Shown: positions 29,557 through 38,965 of the stretch, piece by piece
Layout of the letters: every line of letters begins with the position of its first letter
Position numbering within the stretch: position 1 is the stretch's first letter
Source: Lysobacterales bacterium
GTDB taxonomy: Bacteria > Pseudomonadota > Gammaproteobacteria > Xanthomonadales > SZUA-5
Direction of reading: 5' to 3'
Assembly (NCBI GenBank): GCA_022841325.1
Contig: JALHRS010000008.1
Span: 6,890 to 70,889 of the forward strand
DNA length: 64,000 nucleotides
Notes under the pieces: model-generated
Seen by the model: only the letters and a program-made list of their open reading frames with translations
What the model was told of the DNA's origin: nothing
The model's database searches: none
Position numbers and translations under genes: made by a program

Positions 29557-30063
29557 ATGAATGCTCTGTGGACTGCCCTTGTGGTCTTTGCTGTCTCGGC
29601 GGGTGCCGCCGAAGCTGCCCAGAACTGCGCCCTCGGCGCACCTTATGTCGCGCCCAACAGTCGTTACACCAACAACGGCAATGGCACGGTGACCGACAGT
29701 CAGACCGGCCTGATGTGGAAGCAGTGCAGCGAGGGTCAGTCCGAACCCACCTGTAGTGGGATGCCCAGCCTCTTGCGTTGGGCCGAAAGCCAGACCGTCG
29801 CTGCGGACAGCGAGTTCGCGGATTTTGACGACTGGCGCCTGCCCACGGTGGAGGAACTCGAGAGTCTGGTCGAGACGGCCTGCCAGAAACCGGCGATCAA
29901 CGAATCGCAGTTCGCAAACACCTATTCCGGCGGCTACTGGACGTCATCCAGCCATCCGATGGACAAGGATTACTACTGGTATGTCGATTTCCGTCTGGGC
30001 AAGCGCGATTTCAATGGCAAATCGACCAATTACGGCATACGACTGGTGCGCCGGGCGCAATAG
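29557..30063 (+). CDS. Secreted DUF1566 (Lcl C-terminal, CLec-fold) protein
   Basis: Signal peptide; YTNNGNGTVTD..TGLMW, DWRLPTVEEL, YWTSS, VDF..G, IRLVR. Confidence 0.88.
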   Translation: MNALWTALVVFAVSAGAAEAAQNCALGAPYVAPNSRYTNNGNGTVTDSQTGLMWKQCSEGQSEPTCSGMPSLLRWAESQTVAADSEFADFDDWRLPTVEELESLVETACQKPAINESQFANTYSGGYWTSSSHPMDKDYYWYVDFRLGKRDFNGKSTNYGIRLVRRAQ

Positions 30064-30129
30064 TCATTGCGGCATTTCGGTCGCTGCTCCTTGGTGACGC
30101 CGGGCAATCCGCAAGGAGCATGGAGGTCG

Positions 30130-31248
30130 ATGGACGAGGCGATCAGGGCACTGCTGGAGGCCCATGTTCAGCACGAATTGTCGCGCTTTCGCGCCCGCAG
30201 GCTGCGGCAGACCCTCCGTGAAGAAGTGTCGATGTTGTTTGCCTGGCTGCAGCGCAGCCCGTTGCGCGAGTTGCTCACGCCGGCACAGGTGACTGCCTTG
30301 ATTGCGCGCCAGGTGGTGGAAAGCCCGCTGCCACGCGCCATCGCCGAGACCGCCGCCGCCATGAGCCGGCGGGTGCTCGAATCGAAGAGCAACAGCAGCA
30401 CCGCGCTGGCCGATATCTGCCCACGAGCGAGTTTCGATGCGGCAGTGGCCAGGCTGGGGGGGCTGGAAGACGCCCGGCGCGAGTTCATCCACCAGCTGGT
30501 CACCAGCACCGTCTACACCCAGCAGATTTCCGACGCGCTGTTCACCGGTATCAAGGACTATCTGCTGACCGAGAACATCCTGGCGCAGAAGATCCCCGGG
30601 CTGGCCTCGCTGATCAAGCTTGGCAAATTCGCGGTCAACAAGACCATGCATCCACTGGAGGCTGCGGTCGAGAAGACGGTCAAGGCCTATATCGAAAGCA
30701 ATCTGGGCAGCACCATCCGCCGCAGCGAACAGTCGATCAACGCCTATTTTGATCAGGATCGCATCAGTGATCTCGGCCACAAGGTCTGGAGCGGAGTGGC
30801 CAACCGGCCCATCGCCGACTACAGCGGTCTGCTCGGTGCCGAGGACCTGGACGATCTGGTTGCCATCGGTCTGGGTTTCTGGCTGCATTTCCGGAAGACC
30901 GCTTATTTCAAGGCCATCTACACCGATCTGGTGCAGGCCTTCTTCGAGCAGCATGGGGACAGGCCAGTGGCGGCGCTGCTGGCCGACTACGGCGTGACCG
31001 AGAAGATCGCAGTTTCCGAACTGATGCAGCTGCTGGGGCCCGGTATCGCCCAGGCGCTGGCCGATGGCTATCTGGAGCAGCGCATACGCCAGCAGCTCGA
31101 GAGCTTCTACGCCGCGCCGGGGACGGCGACACTGATCGCCGGGCTGGCCCTGTCCGGATCAGGCGCAAAGACGGTTCCGCCAAGCAGGCCAGCTTCCAGG
31201 AAGGCGGCGCCCAGCGCCAGGCCCAAGGCGAAGCGCAAGCCGGCCTGA
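30130..31248 (+). CDS. Hypothetical helical protein with a Lys/Ala/Pro-rich C-terminal tail
   Basis: GGAGG SD before ATG 30130; long ORF with typical codon usage; ends PASRKAAPSARPKAKRKPA. Confidence 0.75.
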   Translation: MDEAIRALLEAHVQHELSRFRARRLRQTLREEVSMLFAWLQRSPLRELLTPAQVTALIARQVVESPLPRAIAETAAAMSRRVLESKSNSSTALADICPRASFDAAVARLGGLEDARREFIHQLVTSTVYTQQISDALFTGIKDYLLTENILAQKIPGLASLIKLGKFAVNKTMHPLEAAVEKTVKAYIESNLGSTIRRSEQSINAYFDQDRISDLGHKVWSGVANRPIADYSGLLGAEDLDDLVAIGLGFWLHFRKTAYFKAIYTDLVQAFFEQHGDRPVAALLADYGVTEKIAVSELMQLLGPGIAQALADGYLEQRIRQQLESFYAAPGTATLIAGLALSGSGAKTVPPSRPASRKAAPSARPKAKRKPA

Positions 31249-31348
31249 GCCTGATTGTCGAGGGGGTAAGTCAATCGCTTGCCGCAGGTTCGGTCGGGGC
31301 ACCGGTCGCCCCGGGCGGCACCCTTGTTCGCGCAACAAACCCGTTGAA

Positions 31349-31426
31349 GTAGGTCACGTTGACCCGAAGGGTCTACGTGACAGCTGCGTCAGTCACGTAG
31401 GTCGCTACGCGCCCAACATGACCTAC
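31349..31426. repeat. REPIN (inverted REP doublet), GTAGGTCACGTTG family
   Basis: GTAGGTCACGTTG..CTACGTGAC-spacer-GTCACGTAG..CAACATGACCTAC. Confidence 0.85.
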
Positions 31427-31480
31427 ATCAAAAATAATGACATACGATCTTATTGGTGAGCGCGTAGCCAGCCTTCGCGG

Positions 31481-34400
31481 CTACGCTGATTCTTCCGCCA
31501 TCGCTGGTGTTGCCGCGGGATCTGCCAGTCCCAGACGCGCCCGCACATCCTCCACGATCATGTACAGGCAGGGCACCAGCAGCAGGGTGATGGCGGTGGC
31601 GAACAGGATGCCGTAGCCCACCGAGATCGCCATCGGAATCATGAAGCGGGCCTGCCGCGAGGTTTCGAAGATCATCGGCGCCAGTCCGCCGAAGGTGGAC
31701 AGCGTGGTCAGCATGATCGGGCGGAAACGCCGTGCCCCGGAGTGGACGATGGCTTCGAAGGCGCTGTCGCCGCGGGTGCGGCATTCGTTGGCGTAATGCA
31801 CCATCACCAGCGAGTCATTGACCACCACACCGGACAGTGCCACCACACCCATCATCGAGACGATACTCATGGAATAGCCCATCAACAGATGGCCGATGAT
31901 GGCGCCGAACACGCCAAAGGGAATGGCGAACATGACGATGGCCGGCTGCACATAGCTGGCGAAGGGTATGGCCAGCAGCAGGTAGACCATGCCCATGGCG
32001 ATCAGGAAGCCCAGCGCCAGCGCGCTGATGGCATCGCGCATATCGGCCTGTCGGCCTTCCAGGCTGTAGCTCAGTCCGGCGAAATCCTGTTGCAGTCGCG
32101 GCAGGAAGTCGGCCTGCAGCGTGGCCACCACCTGATTGGCATCGGTGCGCGGCGTGACATTGCCGCTGACCTGCACCGTGCGCCTGCCGTCGCGACGGCT
32201 GATGGCATCGTAGGCGTGGCCGGCGTCGATCCGGGCTACGGTATTCAGCGGCACATAGGTACCGGCCGGCGTGCGGATCAGCAGATCCTGGACATCACCC
32301 ACCTGCGCGCGCTCGTGTTCGGGTAAACGCACGAGGATGCGAACTTCATTGCGGCCGCGCTGCTGGCGCAGCACTTCGGCACCGAAGAAGGCCGCACGCA
32401 CCTGGGTGGCGACGTCGCGCGCACTCAGGCCCAGGCTGCGGCCGGCGTCCAGCAGCGTCAGGTTGAACTGGGTCTTGCCCTGCTGGAAACCGTCGTCGAC
32501 ATCGGAGACATTCGGGAACTCTTCCAGCACCGCGGCCAGCGCGGCGCTGGCGCGATCAAGCACGGCCACGTTCCGGTGGCTGAGCTCGATGGTCAGTGCC
32601 GGACCGCCGCCGGGCCCACCGGAATCGGCAGCAAAGCGGATCGACTGGGCGTCGGCAATCGCTGGCGTATGCTGGCGCCAGAGGTCGGTGAACTGCGAGG
32701 TGCTGATCGGGCGCACCGTGGCATCGGTCAGGAAGACCTGCAGGCGCACCTGGTTTTCGGTGATGCGCGTGTAGATGCCGGTCGACAGCGACTCGCCGCC
32801 CTGTGCGCTGACCACACGCTCCGCCGAACGGCGCAGTTCATCGGCGACAGCCTGTACCCGGTTGGCGGGTGTACCGACCGGCAGCGTCGCCGTCGCCTCG
32901 GCCAGATCGGCCTCGACACTGGGCATCAGTTCGAAACCCATGCGACCGCTGCCGGCGTAGGCCAGCACGATCACCAGCGCGGCGATGCCGATGCTGACGC
33001 TCAGATAGCGATGGGCCACCGCATGCTCCACCAGCGGCTGGTAGCGGCGCACCACCCACTCGGAAAAGCCGGTGGAGAAGCGCTGCTGCCATCGGCGCAG
33101 TCCGGACAGGCTGCGCAGGGGGCTGGCATGGGCCAGATGCGCCGGCAGGATGATCAGTGATTCCACCAGACTGATCAGAAACACCGTGCACACCACCAGC
33201 GGGATCACGCCCCAGATCTTGCCCAGAAAGCCGGGGACGAACAGCAGTGGCAGGAAGGCCACGACATTGGTCAGCACGCTGAAGGTGACCGGTACGGCGA
33301 CGTCGCGCGCGCCCTCGATCGCTGCATCCATGAAGCTCATGCCGTTCTGGCGGTACTCGTAGATGTTCTCGCCGACCACCACCGCATCGTCGACGACGAT
33401 GCCCAGGCTGATGATGAAGGCGAACATCGACACCATGTTGATGCTGGCGCCCATACCTGGCAGAAACAGCATGGCGCCGAGGAAGGAGATCGGGATGCCC
33501 ATGGTGACCCAGAAGGCCAGCTTGAATTCGAGGAACAGCGCCATCAGCGCGAACACCAGGATCAGGCCGATGAAGGCGTTCTTCATCAACAGCTGCAGTC
33601 GTTGCTGGTAGACCTCGGACTGGTCATTGAGCACGACCGCCTCGATGCCATCGGGCAGGCTGCCGCGAATGGCTTCCAGGGCACCGCGCGCGGCTTCGGA
33701 AACACCGGTCGGGGTCTGCTCGCCGATGCGGAACACCTCCAGGCCGATCGCCGGCAGACCGTTGTAGCTGGCGCTCACATTCTGGGTTTCGTCGAAGCCT
33801 TCGCGCACGCTGGCGATCTCGCCCAGGCGCACGACGCTGCCGTCGGTGCCGCTGATGACGGGCAGCGCCGCAAATTCGCGGGCCCAGTCGCGGCGCTCGG
33901 CAACCCGCACCAGAATCTCTCCGGCGCGGGTTTCCAGGCTGCCGCCGCTGGCATCGACGGCGGCGCTGCCGAGGCGGTCGGCGACCTGGCGTAGCGTCAG
34001 TCCATGCGCCTGCAGGCGAGCCGTGGATACGTCGACGTGGATGCGGTAGTCGCGAGCGCCCTGCAATTCCACCTGGGTCACGCCGGGCGCGTTGAGCAAC
34101 TGATCACGCACGGTCTCGGCCAGTTGATGGAGCACGGTTTCGGAGACATCGCCGTAGAGCAGCAGGGTGAGCACGCTGCGTACGCGCTTGGCCAGGGCGA
34201 TGTTGGGCTGCTCGGCTTCCTCCGGAAAGGTGTTGATCCGCGACACCGCCTGCTGGATGTCCTGGAAGACGGTGTTCGGGTCTGCTGCCGCCGTCAGTTC
34301 GGCCGTGATCCTGGCGTTGCCTTCGTCGGCGGTCGAGGTGATTTCCTCGATGCCATCGATGCCCTGCAGCGCTTCCTCGACCACCAGCACGATGCCTTGC

Positions 34401-34594
34401 TCGACGTCCTCCGGGCTGGCGCCGGGATAGGCTACCGTCACTGTGACCTGATCCAGCGAGAACTCCGGGAACACTTCCTTCTTGATCTGCAGACTGGCGA
34501 AGAAGCCGCCGATCAGCAGCACCAGCATCAGCAGATTGGCGGTGACACCGTTGCGCGTCATCCAGGCAATGACACCACGTCGTGGTGTGATCAT
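31481..34594 (-). CDS. RND efflux transporter permease subunit
   Basis: 1037 aa; YPGASPEDVE, IVVDDAVVVGEN proton-relay motif, RFRPIMLTTL. Confidence 0.95.
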   Translation of the reverse strand: MITPRRGVIAWMTRNGVTANLLMLVLLIGGFFASLQIKKEVFPEFSLDQVTVTVAYPGASPEDVEQGIVLVVEEALQGIDGIEEITSTADEGNARITAELTAAADPNTVFQDIQQAVSRINTFPEEAEQPNIALAKRVRSVLTLLLYGDVSETVLHQLAETVRDQLLNAPGVTQVELQGARDYRIHVDVSTARLQAHGLTLRQVADRLGSAAVDASGGSLETRAGEILVRVAERRDWAREFAALPVISGTDGSVVRLGEIASVREGFDETQNVSASYNGLPAIGLEVFRIGEQTPTGVSEAARGALEAIRGSLPDGIEAVVLNDQSEVYQQRLQLLMKNAFIGLILVFALMALFLEFKLAFWVTMGIPISFLGAMLFLPGMGASINMVSMFAFIISLGIVVDDAVVVGENIYEYRQNGMSFMDAAIEGARDVAVPVTFSVLTNVVAFLPLLFVPGFLGKIWGVIPLVVCTVFLISLVESLIILPAHLAHASPLRSLSGLRRWQQRFSTGFSEWVVRRYQPLVEHAVAHRYLSVSIGIAALVIVLAYAGSGRMGFELMPSVEADLAEATATLPVGTPANRVQAVADELRRSAERVVSAQGGESLSTGIYTRITENQVRLQVFLTDATVRPISTSQFTDLWRQHTPAIADAQSIRFAADSGGPGGGPALTIELSHRNVAVLDRASAALAAVLEEFPNVSDVDDGFQQGKTQFNLTLLDAGRSLGLSARDVATQVRAAFFGAEVLRQQRGRNEVRILVRLPEHERAQVGDVQDLLIRTPAGTYVPLNTVARIDAGHAYDAISRRDGRRTVQVSGNVTPRTDANQVVATLQADFLPRLQQDFAGLSYSLEGRQADMRDAISALALGFLIAMGMVYLLLAIPFASYVQPAIVMFAIPFGVFGAIIGHLLMGYSMSIVSMMGVVALSGVVVNDSLVMVHYANECRTRGDSAFEAIVHSGARRFRPIMLTTLSTFGGLAPMIFETSRQARFMIPMAISVGYGILFATAITLLLVPCLYMIVEDVRARLGLADPAATPAMAEESA

Positions 34595-35805
34595 TGGCTC
34601 ACTCCGGGTGCTTCGGCCGCTGGGACGGTGGCGGGACTGGCGGCGGCAGTATCACTGGCGGTACGCACGCGCATGCCGTCGACCGCGCTCGACAGCCGGC
34701 TGCTGACGATCTTCTCCCCGGGGTTCAATTCCCCCCGCACCAGGGCGATGGATTCGTCCCGGTGCAACACTTCCACCGCTACCGATTGCAATCGGCCTTC
34801 GCGCACGGTCCACACGCTGGATCCATCCAGCCAGGCCGAATCGAGCTGGTACACCTGCTGCAATTCGCGGCCCGCGATGCGGGCCTGCACATAGCTGCCA
34901 AGCAGCAGCCTGGCACCGCTGTCGCTCGCTTCCGGGTCAACTTCCACCAGCAGCCGTGCCCGCCGGCCCTGACTTTCGACCGCGTCCAGCAACTGGATGA
35001 CCTTGCCTTTCCAGGGGGGCGATTGCGGCTGACTGACATCGCTGAGCAGCACCTCCGAGCCGACTTGGCCCTCGCGAGGCAGCTCGATCCAGCGCAGATC
35101 ATCGACGGCCAGCAACAGCGTGACCCAGAAGGGATCGGCCGCCGCCAGCTCGCCCAGCGTCATGCTGGCGCCACTGACCTGGGCACCCACGCCGATGCTG
35201 CGACTCAGCACCAGCGCGTCCAGCGGTGCCCTCAGGGTGCAGCGCTGCAGGTTCAGTCTAGCCTGTGCCAGCGCCGCCTCGGCCGAGCGCACCTGGGCTT
35301 GCGCTGCCCGAAGTTGCGGCTCGCGCAGCATCAGCGCGCGCTCGCTGGCGTCGACCTGCATGTCGAGGGCGGCAAAATCACCGCGGGCCACCGCCTGGCT
35401 GCCGCGTTCCTGTGCCAGGGCTGCCTGCGCCGCAGCCAGATTGGCCTCGGCAGTGTCGACCGCCACCTGATAGTCGGCTGGATCGATTTGCAGCAGAACC
35501 TGGCCGGCACGGACACGCTGACCGGGAACGAAGCCCGGTGACAGTTCGGTGACCCGACCGGCCACCTGTGCCGACAGGTTGATGCGTTGCGAGGCCTCGA
35601 CCTGACCGTAGGCCGAGATCCACACGCGTTGATCCGAGGGTTGTAGCACTTGCGCTTCCACCAGCCGCGCCTGACGCTCCGGCGGCTGGCGCTCGGCGCG
35701 TGGGGCAGTCGCCAGCAGCATCCAGGAGATGATCCCGGCCGACACCAGAACCACAAGGATGATGATGCCGAACAATCGACGATTGTTGGAGTCCAGCGCG
35801 TTCAT
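34591..35805 (-). CDS. RND periplasmic adaptor (membrane fusion protein)
   Basis: N-terminal TM, lipoyl halves (QVAGRV...GQVLLQID; LRAPLDA), alpha-hairpin. Confidence 0.92.
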   Translation of the reverse strand: MNALDSNNRRLFGIIILVVLVSAGIISWMLLATAPRAERQPPERQARLVEAQVLQPSDQRVWISAYGQVEASQRINLSAQVAGRVTELSPGFVPGQRVRAGQVLLQIDPADYQVAVDTAEANLAAAQAALAQERGSQAVARGDFAALDMQVDASERALMLREPQLRAAQAQVRSAEAALAQARLNLQRCTLRAPLDALVLSRSIGVGAQVSGASMTLGELAAADPFWVTLLLAVDDLRWIELPREGQVGSEVLLSDVSQPQSPPWKGKVIQLLDAVESQGRRARLLVEVDPEASDSGARLLLGSYVQARIAGRELQQVYQLDSAWLDGSSVWTVREGRLQSVAVEVLHRDESIALVRGELNPGEKIVSSRLSSAVDGMRVRTASDTAAASPATVPAAEAPGVSQ

Positions 35806-37259
35806 GGGAGCATTTCCGACGAGTGGGTGGTGGGGGCATCAAGGCGATTTCCCCCGTCCATAGAGGTGGACGCCGCAGGCGTTGGCGCCCGATCCGGCAC
35901 CGGGCCGGCAAGTGCGCGCAGCAGGCCGATGCGTTGTTCGGCCAGCAGCTGGCGGGTGGAAATCACCTCGCGGCGCAGGCCGCTGTTGGTGATCTGGGCA
36001 TCGAGCAGATCAAGGTAGACATCGCCGCCATTGCGCAACTGCCGTTCCAGCCGTTCGACCACCTGATCCGACAGCCGCAGCTGTGCGTCCAGACTGGTGA
36101 CTCGAATCTGCAACTGCTGGTCCTGCAGCAGGGCGTCGGCAATTTCTCGAAAGGCGGCCAGCACGGCGAGCCGATACTCGGCCAGACGCTGCTCGAGCAC
36201 GGCTCGGGTGCGATCGACCTCGGCGCGCCGCGCGCCGCCGTCGATCAGCGGAGCGGTGAATGTGCCGATCAGGTTGCCCAGCCATTGGTCAAACAGCTTA
36301 CCGGGACCGGCGTCATTGCGGCCGTAACTGCCGCTGAGGCTGAGCTGGGGGAAGCGACTGGCAATGGCGGCGGCGACCGTGCGATCGGCCGCAAGTACCT
36401 GCAGCCAGGCCTGCTGCACGTCGGGCCGCCGCTGGACCACGACCGCGGGTACCCCAGTGGCCGGCAGGGCAGACGGCAGCCGGGGCTGTGCGCCCGCAAG
36501 CGCCAATGTCCCCGCGGGCTGACCCAGCAGTTCCTGCAGAGCGTGCTTTCTGAGTCCCAGATCAGCGGTCGTGGCCGCCTGCAGCGAGCGCGTGGATTCG
36601 ACCAGTTGGCGCTGCCGCAGCACATCGCTGGCCGGAGCCTGGCCGTTGCGGAATCGGGTTTCAACCAGTTCCAGCACGCGTTCATAGACCCGGCGTTCCT
36701 CGTCGATCCGGTGCAGGCGCTGCTGCGTGCTGCCGATCTGGAACCAGAGCACGGCCACGTTGGCACTCAGGCTGATGCGCGCGGCCTGCAGTTCCTGTGC
36801 CGTGGCCTCTGCCTGCAGCCGAGCGGCGTCGCGACCGGCGCGAATCCGGCCCCACAGATCCACTTCGTAAGCGGCCGCCAGACCGGCACTGCGCGTTTGC
36901 GTCCCCGGAGAATCGCCGTAGCTCCGGTTCTGGGTCACCGACGCGGACAGGTCCGGCGACAAGCCTGCCGCAGTGCTGCGCGCCAGCGCTTCGGCTGCCT
37001 GCAGACGCGCCGAAATCACCTGCAATCCGGGGTTGTCCGCCAAGGCGGTGTCGACCAGCGTATCCAGCTGCGGATCGGCAAAGGACTGCCACCAACGGGC
37101 CGGGGACGTCACCGAGCCGCTCAGCGCAAAGCGTTCTGGCAGCGCCGCGTCGACCTCGGCGCGCTGCGGCGCAAGGACCGTGCAGCCGCCGGCAAGTAGA
37201 GTCAGGCCCAGCAGTGGCGGGAGCAACTTCATCGATGGAGAGCTCTGGTGTCGGGTCAT
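35802..37259 (-). CDS. Outer membrane efflux lipoprotein (NodT/OprM family)
   Basis: Lipobox LAGGC, WWQSFADPQL, YEVDLWGR, RRPDV; the start could be 37232. Confidence 0.92.
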   Translation of the reverse strand: MTRHQSSPSMKLLPPLLGLTLLAGGCTVLAPQRAEVDAALPERFALSGSVTSPARWWQSFADPQLDTLVDTALADNPGLQVISARLQAAEALARSTAAGLSPDLSASVTQNRSYGDSPGTQTRSAGLAAAYEVDLWGRIRAGRDAARLQAEATAQELQAARISLSANVAVLWFQIGSTQQRLHRIDEERRVYERVLELVETRFRNGQAPASDVLRQRQLVESTRSLQAATTADLGLRKHALQELLGQPAGTLALAGAQPRLPSALPATGVPAVVVQRRPDVQQAWLQVLAADRTVAAAIASRFPQLSLSGSYGRNDAGPGKLFDQWLGNLIGTFTAPLIDGGARRAEVDRTRAVLEQRLAEYRLAVLAAFREIADALLQDQQLQIRVTSLDAQLRLSDQVVERLERQLRNGGDVYLDLLDAQITNSGLRREVISTRQLLAEQRIGLLRALAGPVPDRAPTPAASTSMDGGNRLDAPTTHSSEMLP

Positions 37260-37455
37260 CGAAGCCTAGCCTTCGAGGCCGCGACTGAAATGCGGCGGCC
37301 CTGAGGTCGTTGACGGTCCGTTCAGGTGAATCCGCTGAGGCCGGAACTGTCACGGCGCAACGCGCGACTGCTGGCGGCGAGACGATTCGGCTGAGCCACC
37401 GAGCATCGCACATCGTGCTAGGTTTCCGGATGTTCTGGCTACGCGATCGGTGTCC

Positions 37456-38853
37456 ATGCCCAGCGATCTGTCTCCCACCCGCCGGCTTGCGCTGATCGCA
37501 GGACCGGCTCTGGCGCTCGCGCTCGGACTGTTGTTGCTCTCGGTCGGCAAGACCCCGGCGATGGCCTTCGTGGCCGGCTTGACGGTCTGGGTGGCCAGCT
37601 GGTGGATCTTCGAGCCGATCCCGATTCCGCTGACCTCGCTGCTGCCGCTGGCCTTGCTGCCCATGGCCGGCGTGCTCACTCCGGCCGAGGTCGGGCAATC
37701 CTACGGTGATCCGCTGATCCTGCTGCTGATGGGTGGCTTCATGTTGAGCCAGGCGCTGGAAAAATCAGGCGTGCACCGGCGCCTGGCGCTGGGCATGCTG
37801 GGTCTGACCGGCGGTCGTGGCGGGCGCCCACTGGTGTTCGGATTCCTGATCGCGGCAGCCAGCCTGAGCATGTGGATCTCGAACACGGCAACCTGCCTGA
37901 TGCTGCTGCCGATTGCCCTGGCGGTGCTGCGCGACAGCGAGGATCAGCGACTGGTGCTGGCGGTGTTGCTGGCGATTGCCTACGGCGCCAGCGTCGGCGG
38001 TCTGGCGACTCCGATCGGCACGCCACCGAACCTGATCTTCATGAAGGTCTACGAGCAAAGCACCGGGCTGGATGTCAGTTTTACCGACTACATGCGCTGG
38101 GGTCTGCCGGTGGTGCTGTGCTTCATTCCGTTGATCGGTCTCTATCTGACTCGCGGCATGGCCCGTGGGCAGCGGCTGCAGTTGCCGCATTCCGGCGACT
38201 GGCGTCCGGCCGAGCGCCGGGTGCTGACGGTGTTTGCGTTGACGGCTCTGGCCTGGATCACGCGCTCGGAGCCTTTCGGTGGCTGGAGTGGCTGGCTCGA
38301 TCTGCCGGGGGCCAACGATGCCTCGGTGGCGATGCTGGCCTGCGTGGTGCTGGCGCTGATTCCGGATGGCGACCGCGAGCGGCCCGGACGACTGCTGGAC
38401 TGGGAACATGCACAGCGCACGCCCTGGGGCATCCTGTTGTTGTTCGGCAGCGGCGTGGCGCTGGCGGCTGGCTTTGGCGCTTCTGGATTGAGCGGCTATC
38501 TGGGCGACCTGATCGGCAGCGGCCTCGGTGCCTTGCCGGTGATCGCGGTCATCGTGCTGATTGCCTTCAGTGTGACTTTCCTGACCGAAGTCACCTCCAA
38601 CACGGCCACCGCAACGCTGCTGATGCCGATCCTGGCGGCGGCAGCGATCGGCGCCGACATCGATCCCAAGCTGTTGATGGTGCCGGCGGCGATGAGCGCC
38701 AGCTGTGCCTTCATGCTGCCGGTAGCCACCGGTCCCAACGCCGTGGTCTTCGGTTCCGGTCGCATCAGCATTGCCGAGATGGCGCGTGAAGGACTGGCGG
38801 TCAATCTGATCGGCGTGGTCGTGATCTCAAGCCTGTGCTGGCTGATGCTGTGA
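37456..38853 (+). CDS. SLC13/DASS family di-/tricarboxylate or sulfate permease
   Basis: SMWISNTAT, TPIGTPPN, TEVTSNTAT, AFMLPVATGPNA. Confidence 0.93.
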   Translation: MPSDLSPTRRLALIAGPALALALGLLLLSVGKTPAMAFVAGLTVWVASWWIFEPIPIPLTSLLPLALLPMAGVLTPAEVGQSYGDPLILLLMGGFMLSQALEKSGVHRRLALGMLGLTGGRGGRPLVFGFLIAAASLSMWISNTATCLMLLPIALAVLRDSEDQRLVLAVLLAIAYGASVGGLATPIGTPPNLIFMKVYEQSTGLDVSFTDYMRWGLPVVLCFIPLIGLYLTRGMARGQRLQLPHSGDWRPAERRVLTVFALTALAWITRSEPFGGWSGWLDLPGANDASVAMLACVVLALIPDGDRERPGRLLDWEHAQRTPWGILLLFGSGVALAAGFGASGLSGYLGDLIGSGLGALPVIAVIVLIAFSVTFLTEVTSNTATATLLMPILAAAAIGADIDPKLLMVPAAMSASCAFMLPVATGPNAVVFGSGRISIAEMAREGLAVNLIGVVVISSLCWLML

Positions 38854-38965
38854 GCGATCCCGGCGTGCGCAATGGAGTCGCCAAAGCGACTGCCGCACGG
38901 TAGGCTGAGCGATGGGCCGCGCCCCGAAGGCCGGTTGTCACTCCGCGTACTGCAGGAGAACGCAG

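Noticed and set aside
29557-30063. DUF1566 CLec-fold gene as a diversity-generating retroelement target
   Set aside because: No template repeat or reverse transcriptase seen in the window; a remote DGR cannot be excluded without a genome search
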